NCBI GenBank assembly: GCA_034432095.1
Contig: DAOUCV010000088.1
Location: 1-54,133 of the forward strand
Origin: Dehalococcoidales bacterium
GTDB taxonomy: Bacteria > Chloroflexota > Dehalococcoidia > Dehalococcoidales > UBA2162
DNA length: 54,133 nt
Direction of reading: 5' to 3'
The notes under the pieces: model-generated
What the model was told of the DNA's origin: nothing
Seen by the model: only the letters and a program-made list of their open reading frames with translations
The model's database searches: none
Made by a program: the position numbers and the translations under genes
In this document: piece after piece, positions 38,709-47,742 of the stretch
Layout of the letters: the number at the start of each line of letters is the position of its first letter
How positions within the stretch are numbered: position 1 is the stretch's first letter

Positions 38709-39095
38709 TCAGGTTTTGGCTGCCTTTTTCTTGGCCAGCAATGTCCTCACCCGACTCGTTGTTTCTGAAGGGGCGGCTGGTTTGATGATGTAGTCGTCAG
38801 CCCCTACCTTGAGCCCGGTGGCTTTATCTGTTTCCTGCGCTTTGTCCGAGAGCATCAAAATGGGCAGCTGGGCAGTCCGGGGGTCAGCCCGCAAGCGATG
38901 ACAAATCTCAAAACCATCTATGCCCGGCAGCATGACATCCAGAACAACGAGGTCAGGTTTATCATTTACAGCTTTCCTCAGTCCTTCCAGTCCGTTAGCG
39001 GCGGTGATCACTTGATAGCCCTCATGCTGGAGGGTGTATACCATAAGTCTCAGGGTACCCGGGTCGTCTTCGATAATTAAAATTTTATTATCCAT
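38709..39095 (-). CDS. Single-domain response regulator receiver
   Basis: ILIIEDD, PDLVVLDVMLP, DGFEIC, GADDYIIKP. Confidence 0.9.
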   Translation of the reverse strand: MDNKILIIEDDPGTLRLMVYTLQHEGYQVITAANGLEGLRKAVNDKPDLVVLDVMLPGIDGFEICHRLRADPRTAQLPILMLSDKAQETDKATGLKVGADDYIIKPAAPSETTSRVRTLLAKKKAAKT

Positions 39096-39174
39096 AAGAA
39101 TTACCTATAGCGTAACCTGTAGGTCTGTCATTCAGCCTTTTACATTTAGCTCAGGCACTGCTGGCAGCCGGTAG

Positions 39175-39526
39175 CTAGTGCTGAGTAACTTTTCCGGTAG
39201 AGTCACAGGAGTAGTTCGCTGATGTCATTCCCGTCCGCAGATAGTTCGGATACAATGGGTATCCAGTAGGAAAGGCTGACATATCGTTTGGTTGACGAGG
39301 TGACATTCACTGAACTTAGGCTATTTTTGGCCATCATGACATCCATGGCTGTCTGAACGGTTACTAGCTCGGTGGCTTGCGCTTCTTCTTCACCCGAGCC
39401 GATGACTCCGGTGACATTGAGCAGAACGACTGCGGCTAGTGCCGCCATAATGCCGATGACAACAAGCAGCTCTACCAGGGTAAAGCCCTTGCTATCCTGG
39501 CAAACTTTTCCTCCAAATCGCCTCAT
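39175..39526 (-). pseudogene. Type IV (major-like) pilin, +1 frameshift
   Basis: ATG 39526 after AAGGAGG; KG/FTLVELLVV; removing one base of T3 39287..39289 gives TNDMSAFPTGYPLYPNYLR...YSCDSTGKVTQH* (351 nt). Confidence 0.75.
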
Positions 39527-39545
39527 GGTTTCGCCTCCTTCCCTC

Positions 39546-39812
39546 CTATTTCTTGCGTTTGTTGTTCTCACAGTTCTCTCCCTTTTTTCTGTCCGGCGTC
39601 GGTTTGTTTTTGCCCCTGAGCAGTTCCTTATCTATAGGCATGTTATATTCCCTCAAGAAAGCTACCAGGGCCGCCTGTGGGATACGGTACTGCCCGTGGG
39701 GGTGAAGATAAGCGTCGAGTTTCTCAGACTTAATCCACTTTAGGACTGTAGACCTGCTTACGCTACAGTACTTCATGACATCGCCGGTAGTTAACCTTCT
39801 TTCAGCATCCAT
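39546..39812 (-). CDS. Excisionase-family (MerR-like) helix-turn-helix protein
   Basis: LTTGDVMKYCSVSRSTVLKWIKSEKL...GQYRI; first gene of the pilus operon. Confidence 0.8.
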   Translation of the reverse strand: MDAERRLTTGDVMKYCSVSRSTVLKWIKSEKLDAYLHPHGQYRIPQAALVAFLREYNMPIDKELLRGKNKPTPDRKKGENCENNKRKK

Positions 39813-40321
39813 TTAATATAACCCCCAATTAGCTTCTTAACGGAACGGTTTTTTAAGCCACTGTAGTTCTATGTGCTATATGAGACCTCCGATACCTTGT
39901 TTACATTTTGTTTTCATTAGAGATAGTAGGCGTTCGTTACCGTCTATAGCCCATCCGTACTAGAAGGAATGAGTAATTGTGGCTATTGGTCCAGACTGTA
40001 GTTACGATTCTGTGGGAGGGACCTTACGCAGTAAAAGCCTGAACTCCACATCCTGGTGATTTTTTAACAAGATTTAACGCCAGTTTTATGTCCCCATAAA
40101 TGTCCGGAGCTTAAAATCAAAAATAGAGATAAGAAAGCCCGTGAGTAGTGCCTAAGGTCAGCAAGTAATCGTACAGAGTAGGGCTCAGATAGTGATTACG
40201 GGGATGCCGGATAGGGCTCTTTGGGAAAAAGAGTCTGGGGAAAATAGACTGGCGAGGAGAAGCAAAAGGTATTGAGTTATGGATAAGCCTCAATCTAGCT
40301 GATTTAATAGTGACTATTGTG

Positions 40322-40357
40322 ACTATGAGAGCCTTTTACTATGAGAGCCTTTTACTA
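40322..40357 (+). repeat. 16-bp exact tandem duplication
   Basis: ACTATGAGAGCCTTTT at 40322..40337 and 40338..40353, then ACTA. Confidence 0.9.
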
Positions 40358-40358
40358 C

Positions 40359-40388
40359 TTGACAAAAAGTCTGGCCTCAGTTTATACT
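40359..40388 (+). promoter_or_regulatory. Sigma70-type promoter of the trp operon
   Basis: TTGACA (40359..40364), 18 nt, TATACT (40383..40388). Confidence 0.75.
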
Positions 40389-40410
40389 TTTCGCAAAGGG
40401 AATATTGAAA

Positions 40411-40702
40411 GGCTGGGAACGAGACTAGTATGTCCCGAGCGAGGCTCAGAGAGCCGGGTCAGGTGCGAGCCGGTGCCAGACGCAGGGGCTGAATGGACTC
40501 GGGAGCTGCAGCCAAAAGTCCTGATCTGGTCAGGATAAGTAGGTGTCGACGGAAGAGGGCACCGTTAGCATAGCCCAGGGTATTGACCGATTTTATTCGG
40601 GACTCGTACCTGAGAGAGATGGTTGCTACAATTTTTTGGGCAATCAAGTAGGGTGGCACCGCGGAGGAGAACCCCTCGCCCCTAGGCGAGGGGTTTCTAT
40701 TT
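40411..40702 (+). ncRNA. T-box riboswitch, tryptophan specifier
   Basis: Stem I with AGTA, CAGAGAG and GGTGCGA; specifier GAA-TGG-A (TGG 40494..40496); T-box AGGGTGGCACCGCGG 40650..40664; terminator stem 40670..40680/40685..40695. Confidence 0.9.
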
Positions 40703-40719
40703 ATTACTGGAGAGGTCTT

Positions 40720-42198
40720 ATGTATTATCCGACACTAGAAGAAGTTAAGAAGCTCAGATGGGATGGTAATTTAGTACCTGTTTACCGTGAAATTGTGGCT
40801 GATTTGGAGACACCGGTGTCCGCCTTCCTCAAAATCGCTCGTGGCGGCTATTCTTTTCTTTTGGAAAGTGTGGAGGGTGGTGAACGACTGGCTCGTTACA
40901 GTTTTATCGGTACTGAACCATATCGGGTGCTGACCATCAGGGGTGAGGATAAGGTTGACCCGCTGCCCCTCATCGCTGAGGAATTGAGCCGGTATAAGGT
41001 AGCACCAGTCGGCGAGCTGCCTAAGTTCTGTGGCGGTGCTGTAGGTTATCTCAGTTACGAAACGGCGACACGTTTCGAGGAGTTGCCCTCTCCAGACCGC
41101 GACCCGTTAGGTTTACCCGAATCGCTATTTCTCTTCGTGGATACCGTGCTCATCTTCGACCATGTAACTCATAAGATTAAGATTTTGAGTCATGTACATC
41201 TCGACGGAGATATAGAAGAAGCCTATCAAAAGGCGGTGGGTAAGATTGATGAGCTGGTAACCAGGCTGAATCAACCAATCCAGCCCAGACAGCAGGTGAA
41301 CGGGACGGTCAAGCTACTTCAAAGAGAGTCCAAGCCCACGTCAAACTTCACCCGGGAGGAATACGAAGCCGCTGTGGTCAAGATAAAGCAGTATATCACG
41401 GCTGGTGAAGTTATTCAGGTGGTGCCATCCCAGCGCTGGTCCCAACCGACTAGGGCTACCCCCTTTAACATCTATAGGGCACTGCGTACCATCAACCCCT
41501 CTCCCTATATGTACTACTTTGATTTTAAGGACTTTTACGTTATTGGGGCTTCTCCCGAGATCCTGGTGAGGGTTGAGGATGGTACTGTGGTGACCCGTCC
41601 GCTGGCTGGTACCAGGCCGAGAGGGAAGGACCCAGCTGAAGACGCCAGGCTGGAGCAGGAGCTTCGCCATGATGAAAAGGAGAGGGCAGAACATATCATG
41701 CTGGTTGACCTGGGGCGCAACGATATCGGGCGGTTTAGCGAGCCAGGCACAGTTGAAGTCAGTGAACTGATGGAAGTCGAGCGTTACTCCCATGTTATGC
41801 ACTTGGTTACCAATGTGCAGGGTAAGCTGCGGCGTGACATGGATGCCTATGCTGCCCTGAGGGCCTGCTTTCCCGCTGGCACCGTGTCCGGGGCGCCTAA
41901 AATCCGGGCGATGGAAATAATCGCTGAAGTTGAGCCTGAGAAAAGAGGACCTTATGCTGGAGCCGTCGGCTACTTTTCCTTCTCCGGCACTATGGATATG
42001 GCGATAGCCATAAGGACTATGGTGGTTAAACAGGGCATTGCCTATACCCAGGCGGGGGGTGGCATCGTCCATGATAGTGTTCCCGAACGCGAGTATGAGG
42101 AGACGATGAATAAAGCTAGGGCACTGCTTAATGCCATCAGTCAGGCTGAGAGCTCAGATTCTTTTATGCCGGGAGGGAGTCGTGCTGCTGCTGATTGA
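40720..42198 (+). CDS. trpE: Anthranilate synthase component I
   Basis: Start moved to ATG 40720 (RBS GGAGAGG). DLETPVSAF, LLESVEGGE, NPSPYM, PLAGTRPRG, EHIMLVDLGRND, FPAGTVSGAPK. Confidence 0.95.
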   Translation: MYYPTLEEVKKLRWDGNLVPVYREIVADLETPVSAFLKIARGGYSFLLESVEGGERLARYSFIGTEPYRVLTIRGEDKVDPLPLIAEELSRYKVAPVGELPKFCGGAVGYLSYETATRFEELPSPDRDPLGLPESLFLFVDTVLIFDHVTHKIKILSHVHLDGDIEEAYQKAVGKIDELVTRLNQPIQPRQQVNGTVKLLQRESKPTSNFTREEYEAAVVKIKQYITAGEVIQVVPSQRWSQPTRATPFNIYRALRTINPSPYMYYFDFKDFYVIGASPEILVRVEDGTVVTRPLAGTRPRGKDPAEDARLEQELRHDEKERAEHIMLVDLGRNDIGRFSEPGTVEVSELMEVERYSHVMHLVTNVQGKLRRDMDAYAALRACFPAGTVSGAPKIRAMEIIAEVEPEKRGPYAGAVGYFSFSGTMDMAIAIRTMVVKQGIAYTQAGGGIVHDSVPEREYEETMNKARALLNAISQAESSDSFMPGGSRAAAD

Positions 42199-42760
42199 TA
42201 ACTACGATAGCTTTACCTATAACCTCTTCCAGTACCTGAGTGAACTGGGGGAGGAGGTAGTAGTGGTGCGTAATGACAAGACCACTCTTGATGAGATTAG
42301 CCGGATGAGACCCGAGCGCATAGTTATCTCCCCCGGCCCATCAACCCCACTGCGTGCCGGAATCTCCAACGAGGTCATCAAGCACTTCGGTCCTGCCTTG
42401 CCGATACTGGGGGTCTGCCTGGGGCACCAGTGTATCGGTTTTAGCTATGGTGGCACAATAGGTCAGGCTAAGCAGATAATGCACGGCAAGTCGTCCCTTA
42501 TCTATCATAACGGACAGGGAGTGCTGGCTGGTTTGCCTAACCCCTTCTCGGCCATCCGCTACCACTCGCTGGTAGTGAAGCGGCAAGGACTACCTGACTG
42601 TCTTGAAGTGACTGCCTGGACGGACGATGGCGAGATTATGGGGCTCAGGCACAAGCAGTATCCGGTAGAGGGCGTCCAGTTCCACCCCGAGTCCTTCATG
42701 ACCGAAGTGGGGAAAGACTTACTAAAGAATTTCCTAAACAAAGGGGTAAACCAAAAATGA
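42182..42760 (+). CDS. trpG: Anthranilate synthase component II (glutamine amidotransferase)
   Basis: GTG 42182; IDNYDSFTYNL, SPGP, GVCLGHQ, HGK, RYHSL, QFHPES. Confidence 0.95.
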   Translation: MLLLIDNYDSFTYNLFQYLSELGEEVVVVRNDKTTLDEISRMRPERIVISPGPSTPLRAGISNEVIKHFGPALPILGVCLGHQCIGFSYGGTIGQAKQIMHGKSSLIYHNGQGVLAGLPNPFSAIRYHSLVVKRQGLPDCLEVTAWTDDGEIMGLRHKQYPVEGVQFHPESFMTEVGKDLLKNFLNKGVNQK

Positions 42761-43770
42761 TTAGAGAAGCTATTCAGACTTTAGTAGCTGGGAAGTCGCT
42801 GACTATGGATGAGGCGGCACAGGTTATGGAGGAGATAATGGAGGGGCAGGTCACCCCGGCTCAGTTCGGGGCTTTTGTTACCGCCCTCAGGCTCAAAGGG
42901 GAGACCGCTGATGAAATTGCTGGTTTGGCTAAGACGATGAGGGCTAAAGCCGTGCGGGTAGAAACGGCATCTCCGGTTGTGGATGTTGTCGGCACCGGAG
43001 GCGATGGTTTGAACACCTTTAATATTTCCACCACGGCGGCTTTTGTCGTTGCTGGAGCGGGACTGAAAGTAGCCAAACACGGCAACCGCGCCGCCAGCAG
43101 TCAGTGCGGCAGCGCCGATGTGCTGGAAGCCCTGGGGGTTAAGCTTGAACTTACGGCTGAGCAGGTACAGCAGTGTATTGAGGAGGTGGGGATAGGTTTT
43201 ATGTTCGCCCCGGCATTCCACCCGGCGATGAAATATGCGGCGGCTCTCAGGCGTGAGATTGGCATCCGTACGGTGTTCAACATCGTCGGACCTCTGACCA
43301 ACCCGGCTGATGCCAAGGCTTATCTGCTGGGTGTTGCCGATAGCTCATTGGTAAGGAAGCTGGCACAGGTCCTAGAGAGTCTGGGGTGTCATCACGCCCT
43401 TGTCGTCCACGGTGGTGACGGATTGGATGAAATCACCATTACCGGAAAAACACGGGTTTGTGAACTTAAAGAAGGTCGTATTACCAGCTATACCATCAGC
43501 CCGGAAGACTTTGGTTTACCCAGGGCTGACCTGGCTAGCCTTAAGGGTGGCACCGCCACTGAAAACTCAGCCTTGTTGCGTTCTATCCTGTCCGGTGCCC
43601 CTGGTTCCCAACGAGATGTAGTGTTGATGAACGCTGCGGCCGCTCTGGTTGCCGGTGATAAGGCAAAGACAATTCAGCAAGGGATGGACTTAGCTAAAGA
43701 GGCTCTGGACAATGGTAAAGCCCTGGCGAAACTCGAACAGCTAATCAAGCTCAGCCAGAGCTTTACCTAG
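42757..43770 (+). CDS. trpD: Anthranilate phosphoribosyltransferase
   Basis: GTGGDG, FNIST, KHGNRAASS, GSADVLEALG, GLDE. Confidence 0.96.
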   Translation: MIREAIQTLVAGKSLTMDEAAQVMEEIMEGQVTPAQFGAFVTALRLKGETADEIAGLAKTMRAKAVRVETASPVVDVVGTGGDGLNTFNISTTAAFVVAGAGLKVAKHGNRAASSQCGSADVLEALGVKLELTAEQVQQCIEEVGIGFMFAPAFHPAMKYAAALRREIGIRTVFNIVGPLTNPADAKAYLLGVADSSLVRKLAQVLESLGCHHALVVHGGDGLDEITITGKTRVCELKEGRITSYTISPEDFGLPRADLASLKGGTATENSALLRSILSGAPGSQRDVVLMNAAAALVAGDKAKTIQQGMDLAKEALDNGKALAKLEQLIKLSQSFT

Positions 43771-43779
43771 AGGCAGAAA

Positions 43780-44553
43780 ATGATCTTAGACCAGATAGTT
43801 GCCCATAGTAGGCTGGAACTTGAGAAACGGAAGAGGAGCTTTTCTCTGGAGGAAGTGCGGAGGGTTGCTTTGGAACAGCCTCCGTCCCTCAACTTTGCTT
43901 CGGCTCTGCGTGGCGAGCGCATTAAGCTCATTGCCGAGGTCAAAAAAGCTTCGCCCTCGAAGGGCATTATCCGTTCCGATTTTGACCCGGTGGAGATAGC
44001 CAAGATTTACGCTGGTAACGGAGCCTCGGCAATATCGGTATTGACTGAGTCAAAGTACTTTCAGGGCAGCCTCGGTCACCTCAAGGGTATTAGAAAGACA
44101 ATAGGGAATAAGCTGCCTGTGCTGAGGAAGGATTTCATCCTTGAGCCCTATCAGGTCTATGAATCAAGAGCCTATGGTGCCGATGGCTTATTGCTCATTG
44201 TGGGTATTTTGACTCCCGAGAAGCTGGAGGAATTGCTGAAGCTAAGTCATGAGCTTGGTATGGGTTGTCTGGTAGAAGTGCATAACGAAGCTGAGCTTGA
44301 GATTGCTCTGAAAAGCGGGGCACGGGTCATTGGCATCAATAACCGTGACTTGAACACTTTTGAAGTAGACCTGACTACTACCCAGCGGCTAAGACGACTT
44401 ATCCCCCGAGACAGAATAGCAGTCAGCGAAAGTGGCATAAAAGACCGCCGTGATGTAGAAAAGCTGGCTGATTGGGGCGTGGATGCCGTTCTCATCGGTG
44501 AGTCTTTAGTGTCAGCCGCTGACATTGCGGCTAAGATTAAGGAGATTTTGTGA
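43780..44553 (+). CDS. trpC: Indole-3-glycerol phosphate synthase
   Basis: [43 protein letters not shown]. Confidence 0.96.
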   Translation: MILDQIVAHSRLELEKRKRSFSLEEVRRVALEQPPSLNFASALRGERIKLIAEVKKASPSKGIIRSDFDPVEIAKIYAGNGASAISVLTESKYFQGSLGHLKGIRKTIGNKLPVLRKDFILEPYQVYESRAYGADGLLLIVGILTPEKLEELLKLSHELGMGCLVEVHNEAELEIALKSGARVIGINNRDLNTFEVDLTTTQRLRRLIPRDRIAVSESGIKDRRDVEKLADWGVDAVLIGESLVSAADIAAKIKEIL

Positions 44554-45206
44554 CCAAGGTCAAGATTTGCGGGTTATCCGAGATAGAGCATGCCCTAGCC
44601 GCTGGTGAAGCGGGTGCCGATTTCCTGGGGCTGGTCTTTGCCCCCAGCCGGCGTCAGATTTCTCCTGAAAAGGCACGGCAGATAGCAGAAGCGGTGCATA
44701 ATTTGAAAAATCGACCGGAGGTGGTTGGCATCTTTGTTAATCTAGCCTCTGAGGAAATCAATCGTATTGCTGAGCACTGCCGGTTAGACTGGGTGCAGCT
44801 CAGTGGCGCTGAAACCTGGCAGTATTGCCGGGAGATTAACAAACCGCTTATCAAGGTCATCCATGTCGCTCAAAATCAGCGGGCTGAAGATGTAATCGCT
44901 GAAATTCAACGGGGCTATGAGGTATTGACGAAAGGATTTTTCTGTCTTCTGGATTCACAGGTCGGTGATGCTTATGGTGGGACAGGGCAGGTCTTTAACT
45001 GGCAGTTGGCTAAGGAAGTGTCGGCCAGGTTTCCCGTGATGGTTGCCGGTGGGCTGACCCCAACCAATGTTGGTCGGCTAATCAGGGAGGTTGATCCTTG
45101 GGGAGTTGATGTTTCATCGGGCGTGGAGACCAACGGACGAAAAGACATTTCAAAAATCAGGGAGTTTATCAGTAGAGTGAAGGGAATTAAGGGAAGAAGC
45201 CATTGA
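44550..45206 (+). CDS. trpF: Phosphoribosylanthranilate isomerase
   Basis: [32 protein letters not shown]. Confidence 0.95.
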   Translation: MTKVKICGLSEIEHALAAGEAGADFLGLVFAPSRRQISPEKARQIAEAVHNLKNRPEVVGIFVNLASEEINRIAEHCRLDWVQLSGAETWQYCREINKPLIKVIHVAQNQRAEDVIAEIQRGYEVLTKGFFCLLDSQVGDAYGGTGQVFNWQLAKEVSARFPVMVAGGLTPTNVGRLIREVDPWGVDVSSGVETNGRKDISKIREFISRVKGIKGRSH

Positions 45207-45242
45207 CCACCAGACCTTAAACAGATTTGAAGGGAGAAAAAA

Positions 45243-46430
45243 TTGCTGTCTGATAATAGAGGATACTTTGGAGACTACGGCGGACGGTTTGTCCCGGAGA
45301 CACTGATGCCGGTCCTGGATGAGCTTTTGGCAGTCTATGAAGGAGCGAAGGCTGATGCCACTTTCTGGGCTGAATTTGACTCGCTCTCCCGTGACTACTC
45401 AGGAAGGCCAACACCGCTCTATCTGGCGGAAAAGCTAACCGAACACTGCGGCGGCGCTAAGATTTTCCTCAAGCGGGAGGACTTGGCTCATACCGGAGCC
45501 CATAAAATCAACAACGCTCTGGGGCAGGGCCTTCTTGCCCGCAGAATGGGCAAGCGGAGAATCATTGCTGAGACCGGAGCTGGGCAGCATGGGGTGGCTA
45601 CTGCTGCAGTGTGCGCCATGCTGGGGCTGGAGTGCATCATTTATATGGGTGAGGAAGATATAAAACGCCAGTCCCTGAATGTCTTCCGTATGAAGCTAAT
45701 GGGTGCCGAAGTAAGGCCAGTGTCCGGGGGCAGCCGAACCCTGAAGGATGCCATCAACGAGGCAATAAGAGACTGGGTGACTAATGCTTGGGATACATAC
45801 TACCTTCTTGGCTCAGTCGTGGGTCCCCACCCTTACCCACTCATGGTGCGGGATTTCCAGTCAATAATCGGTAGGGAGACGAGACAGCAAATACTGGATA
45901 AATTAGGGCGTTTGCCCAACTACATAATTGCCTGTGTCGGCGGGGGCAGTAACGCCATCGGCATCTTCTATCCTTTCTTAAAGGACAAGGATGTCAGGCT
46001 TATCGGGGTGGAGGCAGCGGGAAAGGGGCTGGATACTGGTAAGCATGCTGCCTCACTGGTGGCGGGAAGAGTGGGAATACTCCACGGTGCCAAATCCTAT
46101 ATCCTCCAGGATAATTATGGACAGATTAAGGAGACGCACAGCATCTCGGCAGGGCTGGACTATCCGGGGGTCGGTCCGGAGCACAGCTACCTCAAGGATA
46201 CCGGACGTGCCACCTATGTCGCCGTAAGCGATGATGAAGCGCTTGAGGGCTTTCAGCTACTCTGCCATACCGAGGGCATTACTCCAGCCCTCGAGCCGGC
46301 TCACGCTATCTTCTATGCCGCCCGGATGGCAGGTGGACTGGATAAGGAGCAAATCATCATCGTCAACCTCTCCGGACGTGGCGATAAGGACATAGATATT
46401 GTGGCTAAGGCACTGGGGGCGAAACCTTGA
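45243..46430 (+). CDS. trpB: Tryptophan synthase beta chain
   Basis: [44 protein letters not shown]; TTG start. Confidence 0.97.
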   Translation: MLSDNRGYFGDYGGRFVPETLMPVLDELLAVYEGAKADATFWAEFDSLSRDYSGRPTPLYLAEKLTEHCGGAKIFLKREDLAHTGAHKINNALGQGLLARRMGKRRIIAETGAGQHGVATAAVCAMLGLECIIYMGEEDIKRQSLNVFRMKLMGAEVRPVSGGSRTLKDAINEAIRDWVTNAWDTYYLLGSVVGPHPYPLMVRDFQSIIGRETRQQILDKLGRLPNYIIACVGGGSNAIGIFYPFLKDKDVRLIGVEAAGKGLDTGKHAASLVAGRVGILHGAKSYILQDNYGQIKETHSISAGLDYPGVGPEHSYLKDTGRATYVAVSDDEALEGFQLLCHTEGITPALEPAHAIFYAARMAGGLDKEQIIIVNLSGRGDKDIDIVAKALGAKP

Positions 46431-47215
46431 GTCGTATTGATACTGTCTTCGAATGGCCAGGGCACAAAGCTCTTATCCCCTATGTTACTGTAGGCTATCC
46501 CAGCATTGAAGCTACCCTCAAAGTGGTTCCTCTACTTGCCAGCAGTGGTTGCGATATGGTGGAGCTTGGTATACCCTTCTCCGACCCTCTGGCTGACGGT
46601 GTTACGATACAAAAGGCAAGTTTTCGCGCTTTGCAGAATGGCGTTACCCCCGAGACCTGTCTTGAGGTAGCCAGGGAATTAAGCCAGAAGGTCAATATAC
46701 CACTATTGTTTATGACCTATTTCAATCCGGTCTTTAGTTATGGCCTTGAAGAATTCTGTAACGCCTGCGCCAGCTCCGGCATTGACGGCTTGATCATCCC
46801 TGACCTGCCCCCGGAGGAAGGTATAGAGCTGGAAACCATTACCCGGAGGGAGGGGCTTGACCTCATTTACCTCCTTGCCCCAACCAGTAGTGAAGAGCGT
46901 ATCCGGCTGGTAGCGGAGAGGTCTCGGGGGTTCATATATCTGGTCTCAGTGACCGGTGTTACCGGAGCCAGAGACAGACTACCTGCAGGCCTGGATTCAT
47001 TTGTCGCCAGAGTGAAGAAGATAGCCACCCGGCCGCTCTGCGTTGGGTTCGGGATATCTACCCCGGAACAGGCAAGCTGGTTAGCCCGTATGGTTGAAGG
47101 AGTGATTGTGGGAAGCCGAGTAATTCAGTATCTGGAAGCTGATGAATCAATGGTAAAGGTAGCGAAGTTTGCTAGAGAATTAAGGCTTGCCCTTGACCGG
47201 CCAGGCAGAAGTTAG
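46427..47215 (+). CDS. trpA: Tryptophan synthase alpha chain
   Basis: [32 protein letters not shown]; TTG start overlapping the trpB stop. Confidence 0.96.
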   Translation: MSRIDTVFEWPGHKALIPYVTVGYPSIEATLKVVPLLASSGCDMVELGIPFSDPLADGVTIQKASFRALQNGVTPETCLEVARELSQKVNIPLLFMTYFNPVFSYGLEEFCNACASSGIDGLIIPDLPPEEGIELETITRREGLDLIYLLAPTSSEERIRLVAERSRGFIYLVSVTGVTGARDRLPAGLDSFVARVKKIATRPLCVGFGISTPEQASWLARMVEGVIVGSRVIQYLEADESMVKVAKFARELRLALDRPGRS

Positions 47216-47226
47216 ATTTACCAGAC

Positions 47227-47255
47227 TTGACGCTGAACAGCCAATTGACTAGAAT
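47227..47255 (+). promoter_or_regulatory. Sigma70-type promoter for the 40-aa ORF
   Basis: TTGACG (47227..47232), 17 nt, TAGAAT (47250..47255). Confidence 0.7.
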
Positions 47256-47302
47256 AATCCCAAGCGGGTAAACAATTCAAGGGATGTTATTGGAGGCTAG
47301 CA

Positions 47303-47425
47303 ATGGGGAGAAAACAGGAGAAGGCGCAACAAAGAAAGCAGTACAAGGAAACTTTCAGGGGCGTTAAACACGGTCACGGCGGTCGCCCTATTAGGAAAAA
47401 GCAAGAGGCTGCCTTGGGTAAATAG
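47303..47425 (+). CDS. Small basic protein, 40 aa (below the ORF-track cutoff)
   Basis: MGRKQEKAQQRKQYKETFRGVKHGHGGRPIRKKQEAALGK; GGAGG at 47292..47296, 6 nt before the ATG; own promoter. Confidence 0.65.
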   Translation: MGRKQEKAQQRKQYKETFRGVKHGHGGRPIRKKQEAALGK

Positions 47426-47476
47426 GCTAGACTTATCGCACGGGAGATAAATACTCAACTGACTATAACGCTTGGG

Positions 47477-47659
47477 CTAGGCAAGCACAATAGCAGCGTA
47501 GATGGCAAAGGCTATAATGCTTACCAGGGCAATACCCCCAACGATCGCTGCCAGCCGCCACCGGCCTATCTTATAGCCTAAATAATCCCCCAGCAGCACC
47601 ACCAGGACTACAGCCACTATTATCTCAACAACGGTGATAGCATTTTTCAATTCGGACAT
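47477..47659 (-). CDS. Small two-helix membrane protein (60 aa)
   Basis: Two hydrophobic segments; RBS GGGGAGG; fills the gap without overlap. Confidence 0.7.
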   Translation of the reverse strand: MSELKNAITVVEIIVAVVLVVLLGDYLGYKIGRWRLAAIVGGIALVSIIAFAIYAAIVLA

Positions 47660-47678
47660 ATACCCCTCCCCTTAGCAA

Positions 47679-47713
47679 AGCCTTTGAGACCTCAGGAAAG
47701 GTTTTCAAAGGCT
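47679..47713. terminator. Intergenic hairpin
   Basis: AGCCTTTGAGACCT / AGGTTTTCAAAGGCT, about 14 bp with one bulge; no clear U-tract. Confidence 0.4.
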
Positions 47714-47742
47714 GCTCTAAGTGAACTAGAGATTGTCCTCAG

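Noticed and set aside
32268-39526. Phase variation or programmed frameshifting as the cause of the pilus breaks
   Set aside because: The runs are only 2-6 nt, shifts go in both directions, and one lesion is a stop and one a probable deletion; eight simultaneous reversions would be needed.
39546-39812. Excisionase of a prophage or integrative element
   Set aside because: No integrase, att-like repeat or tRNA nearby; its position fits an operon regulator.
40125-40200. Possible c-di-GMP-I riboswitch (AAAGCC...CCTAAG...CAGC)
   Set aside because: The P1 GNRA stem and GCAAA/GACGC core are missing, and it is on the wrong strand for the pilus operon.
40543-40719. N-terminal extension of TrpE in the ORF track
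   Set aside because: Overlaps the T-box and its terminator; the RBS and homology begin at ATG 40720.
41341-42072. 243-aa antisense ORF; likewise the other antisense calls across trp, ftsAZ and the glycan genes
   Set aside because: They lie wholly within well-conserved genes on the opposite strand and have no motifs.
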